Shown: in pieces, positions 59,995 to 64,000 of the stretch
Layout of the letters: every line of letters starts with the position of its first letter
How positions within the stretch are numbered: position 1 is the stretch's first letter
Source of the DNA: Basidiobolus meristosporus CBS 931.73
Lineage: Eukaryota > Fungi > Basidiobolomycota
NCBI GenBank assembly: GCA_002104905.1
Contig: MCFE01000488.1
Span: forward strand, 3,641-67,640
DNA length: 64,000 bases
Reading direction: 5' to 3'
Translations under genes and position numbers: made by a program
The notes under the pieces: model-generated
Database searches by the model: none
Seen by the model: the letters and a program-made list of their open reading frames with translations, nothing else
What the model was told of the DNA's origin: nothing

Positions 59995-62900
59995 CTCCTG
60001 GATGAAGAATTAAGAAAATCAAGTGCTAATAAGAAGGAAGAACAAAATGCTTTAATAAGCATTGATAACCAACAAAGAAGGTACCCAAGACCCTACAAAG
60101 GCAACAGCAACCTATTTTGCAACTACTGCAAAAGGAAAGGACACACATCAGACCGGTGTTTCAAAAAGAGAGATTATCAGCAAAAGAAGCCTGAATATGG
60201 AAATGCTGCAACAACTGAAGATAGACTATTCATATCTGCACTAAATATGACCACAAACAAGGATTCTCAGATGTGGTATATTGACTCTGGAGCTTCTCAA
60301 CACTTTACTCACCAAAAAGAACTTTTTACCCAATATCAAGAAATTCCAATTAAGAAGGTTTTCATGGGTGACAATAGAACACTTGATGCAGTGGGAGAAG
60401 GAACTATCCAAGTAAACCTTAGAAGCAGTGAAGGAAGCCATACACTGACCTTTAAAGGAGTACTCTATGTACCAGAAATAGCCAAGAACCTACTCTCTGT
60501 AAGCAAGGCCACAGCAGAAGGACTCAGTTTCAGTTTTGACAATTCTGGATGCAGGATCACTGATCAAAATGGTGCCCATATTGCTTTGGGCATCAGAGAT
60601 CAGAATCTATACAAGTTGACTTATATTCCATCATATCTGGAAGCCAATATAAGTAACTTAAATGAAGAAACACCAATGCTTTGGCACAGGAGATTTGGTC
60701 ACATCAATTTTGATTATTTGTGCAAAATGATCAAAGATCAACTAATTTCTGGAGTGAAAATTGATCCCCCAGCTAATTTGGAGCACTGTGAAGCCTGCAT
60801 ATATGGGAAACAAGCCAGACAACTGTTCAAGAGCTCTGGGTTAATCAAAACTAAGAAAAAATTAGATCTAATTCACTCAGATCTGTGTGGACCTATGCAA
60901 AATTTATCCTTAGGTGGGGTGAAGTATTTAATCACTTTTATTGATGATTATACAAAATACACATGGGTCTACTTCATGGAGAGAAAGGAAGAAGCTCTGT
61001 CTAAGTTCAGGGAGCTTAAAGCCATGGTGGAGAGAGAAACTGGTGAAAAAATCAAGAAAATATGCTCTGACAATGGTGGGGAATATACCTCAAAACTCTT
61101 CATCCACTTCTGCAAAATTCATGGGATAAAGCAAGAGACTACTGTACCATACTCCCCACAGCAAAATGGAGTAGCAGAACACGCTAACAGATCAATAATT
61201 GATATGGCAAGATCTATGATCCATGATCAAAAATTATCCTATGATTTTTGGGCGGAATTAGTTGCCACTGCTGTATACCTTAAAAATAGGAGTTATAACA
61301 GAATACTTTGTAATTCTACTCCATTTAAAGCCTGGTATGGATACAGACCAAGTGCAGAACATCTAGGAATATTTGGGTGTACAGCATATGCCAAAAAACT
61401 GGCCGGAAATCAGTCAAAATTTGAGCCAAAAAGTGTAAAATGCATATTTTTGGGCTACTGCAATGAGAGTAAGACATATGGGCTCTAAAATATCAAAGCA
61501 AAGAAGCTGATCAAGTCCAGGGATGTGTTGTTTGATAAAAATTCAAAATTTTCACAAAAAATGACATCAGATGATGACAAAAATTTGATCTCAAGTCCAC
61601 CAATTGTCAGGATTGAATCAGAGCAAAACAATGAGAATTTTTTCACTCCAGAGGACTCTACAATTGTGGTTCAGCCAGAATCAGTGCCCAGGAATATCCC
61701 AGAAGTGATCATTTCAGTATCAAATGCCCAGAGATCCAATCAGACAAGAAATAGCCCAAATTACTATATCAATGAGGGTACAAATATAGCCTATGCCTAT
61801 TCAGTCCATATTGATGAACCCCAGACTGTAAAAGAGGCCCTAAATAGCCCTCAGACAAAGTTTTGGAGATCTGCAATGACTGAGGAACATTAGGCCCTGA
61901 TGGAAAATCAAACTTGGGACTTAGTCAAATTACCAATCAACCAAAAATCAATTGGATGCAGATGGGTCTTTAAGACAAAATACAAGGCTGATGGTACAAT
62001 TAAGAGATACAAAGCAAGACTTGTAGCCAAAGGATACCCTCAAACAAAAGGACTTGACTATACTGAGACCTTTGCACCGGTAGCCAAGTTTAGTTCCATC
62101 AGATTAATATTGGCTATTGCAGCCAAATATAAGTTTTTTTATTCATCCAATGGATGTAAAAACCGCATTTTTGAATGGAGAACTTGATGAGGACGTGTAT
62201 ATGGACCAGCCTGATGGGTTTGTTGACCAAGATAACACCCATTTGGTCTGCAAGCTGAAAAGTCACTATATGCTCTCAAACAATAGACTTGTTCCGTTGG
62301 ATAGTGCCACATTGAGCCATGAGCACCAAATGATGCCATAGTGTGTCAGGGAGGCTAAGTGAGCCTATACTTGGCCACAGAGTGTGAAACATAGCTCTTC
62401 ATCTTCATGCAAAGCAGCCCCTGTGTTTCACCCATTGTGTTGGAGAAAATCCATTTTTTGACCTTTTTTTTTAGGTCAATGTTGTGCAGGATGTGTAAGA
62501 GCACAAAAGGATTGAAAATATGCATTTGGTACTCAATACCCATGGCACTCTGAATCTAGCTCCTATGGCTTGTAACATGTCACAACAATGCATGGCACTA
62601 TCTTGGTCCACTGGTACTATCTGGCACTATAAGTACTTTGTATAGGTCTTACTTTAGGGCTAATAATTAAATATAGTGCCAGATAGTACCAGTGGACCAA
62701 GATAGTGCCATGCATTGTTGTGATATTTTACAAGCCACAGGAGTTAGATTCAGAGTGCCATGGGTATTGAGTACCTGATGCATATCTTCAATCTGCTTGT
62801 GCTCCAACACATCCTGCACAACATTGATCCACAAAAAAACATCAAAAATGGATTATCTGCTGCATTATAAGTGAAATACAGGGGCTGCTTTGCATGAAGA

Positions 62901-64000
62901 TGCAGATCCATGTTTCACACTCTGTGGCCAAGTATAGGCTCACTTGGCCTCCCTGGCACACTATGGCATCATTTGGCACTCATGGCTCAATGTGGCACTA
63001 TCCAACAGAACAAGTCTAATCACTAAGAGCCTGGAATTGCAAGATAGATTCTTATTTGGAATCCTTGAGTTTCAAAAGGAGTAATGCTGACTTTAGAATA
63101 TACTATAAGCCAGATAGAGCAAATCCAGGTCTATTAGCTCTATATGTGGATGATCTTATTATAGCCACCAATAACCTAGAAACATTGGAAGAGACTAAAT
63201 CCAGCCTATCTAAGGAGTTCAAGATGTCTGATCTAGGAGAACTTAGTTACTAGTTAGGGATCAAGTTCTCCATAGACAGAAATACCCAGACTATCACCCT
63301 AAGTCAGTCCAAGTATATTCAAGATATACTAAAGAAGTACAAAATGAAAGACTGTAAACCAGCAGCTACCCTAATGGAGACAAACCTTGACTTGGTCAAA
63401 ACTCAACCAAATCAAGAGAGCTTGGTGCCATCTGAAAGCCCTGACTTTCCTTATCAATCTATGGTTGGCAGTCTGATGTATATCATGATTGGAACACGTC
63501 CAGATATCTCATATTCAGTGGGAGTTGTCAGCCAACATAATCAGAACTATGGATCTGATCATATTGCAGCAGTTAAGCGGATTTTTAGATACCTAAAAGG
63601 AACTGCTGATATCTGCTTAAGATACACTTATAAGGATTCAGAACAGGATCTTGTGGGATACTCTGATGCTGATTGGGGACAAAGTTTAGGAGACAGAAGA
63701 TCCACCACAGGATACACCTTTCTTTACTGTAAAGGAGCAATTTCATGGAATTCAAGAAAGCAACCAACTGTAGCACTTTCCACCACAGAGGCAGAGTATA
63801 TGGCAGCCTGTGAAGCTACAAAAGAAGCAATGTGGTTAAGAAAGCTTTTGACAGATTTAGGCCTATGTCAAAAAACACCTATTACTTTATTTCAAGATAA
63901 TCAAGGATGTATACAATTAGGTAGAAATCCAACTTTTCATGCTAGAGCCAAGCACATAGATATTAGACATCATTTCATACATGAAGCTATAGAGAATAAC
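59993..64000 (+). mobile_element. Copia copy C, 5'-truncated within gag, runs off the window; disabled and interrupted by a foldback element
   Basis: Starts GGCTCCTGGATGAAGAATT (gag). Open protease-integrase ORF 60247-61488, RT split at 62284/63018, TAG at 63251, RNase H to the window end. Confidence 0.93.
62285..63017. mobile_element. Non-autonomous foldback/MITE-like DNA element, 733 bp
   Basis: Arms 62285-62631 and 62672-63017 are inverted repeats around a 40-bp spacer. Termini AGACTTG...CAAGTCT, TSD AAT/AAT. The empty site CAATCAC is visible in copy A at about 57615. Confidence 0.93.

Overview
Intron-rich eukaryotic DNA from an early-diverging fungus. Introns are short GT-AG with CTAAC/CTGAC branch points, and the gene set includes a STK32/YANK kinase, an SmgGDS-like ARM protein, an ALA2-type flippase and HELLS. 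Zoopagomycota/Mucoromycota is my inference; the species cannot be fixed from sequence alone. Positions 1-52.8 kb hold 15 protein-coding genes separated by AT-rich spacers with TE relics: Hrp1/Musashi-like hnRNP, Edc1/PNRC-type decapping activator, BAR-SH3 protein, an uncharacterised 631-aa protein, a small secreted protein, NADP-ADH, a mitochondrial single-RRM protein, F-box/LRR, G-alpha, STK32, P4-ATPase, SmgGDS, C2H2 finger and PX-domain protein, followed by a secreted 2H phosphoesterase, an UNC-93-like MFS protein and HELLS/Lsh (17 in all). Positions 53.6-64 kb are a CpG-depleted transposon nest. A full-length but disabled Ty1/Copia element (A, 54399-59081, CATAC TSD, half-tRNA-type PBS) is inserted in an inverted copy of its own family (B). 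B is fused head-to-head to a 5'-truncated third copy (C), which carries a 733-bp foldback element with an AAT TSD. Top leads: (1) several stacked inverted repeats in this nest, a candidate hairpin-RNA 'killer' locus for the Copia family; (2) a secreted 2H phosphoesterase; (3) the foldback element; (4) a minimal mitochondrial RRM protein; (5) a frame-essential 5-nt microexon in G-alpha. All homology calls are by motif recognition; no searches were run, and identities and counts are by-eye estimates.
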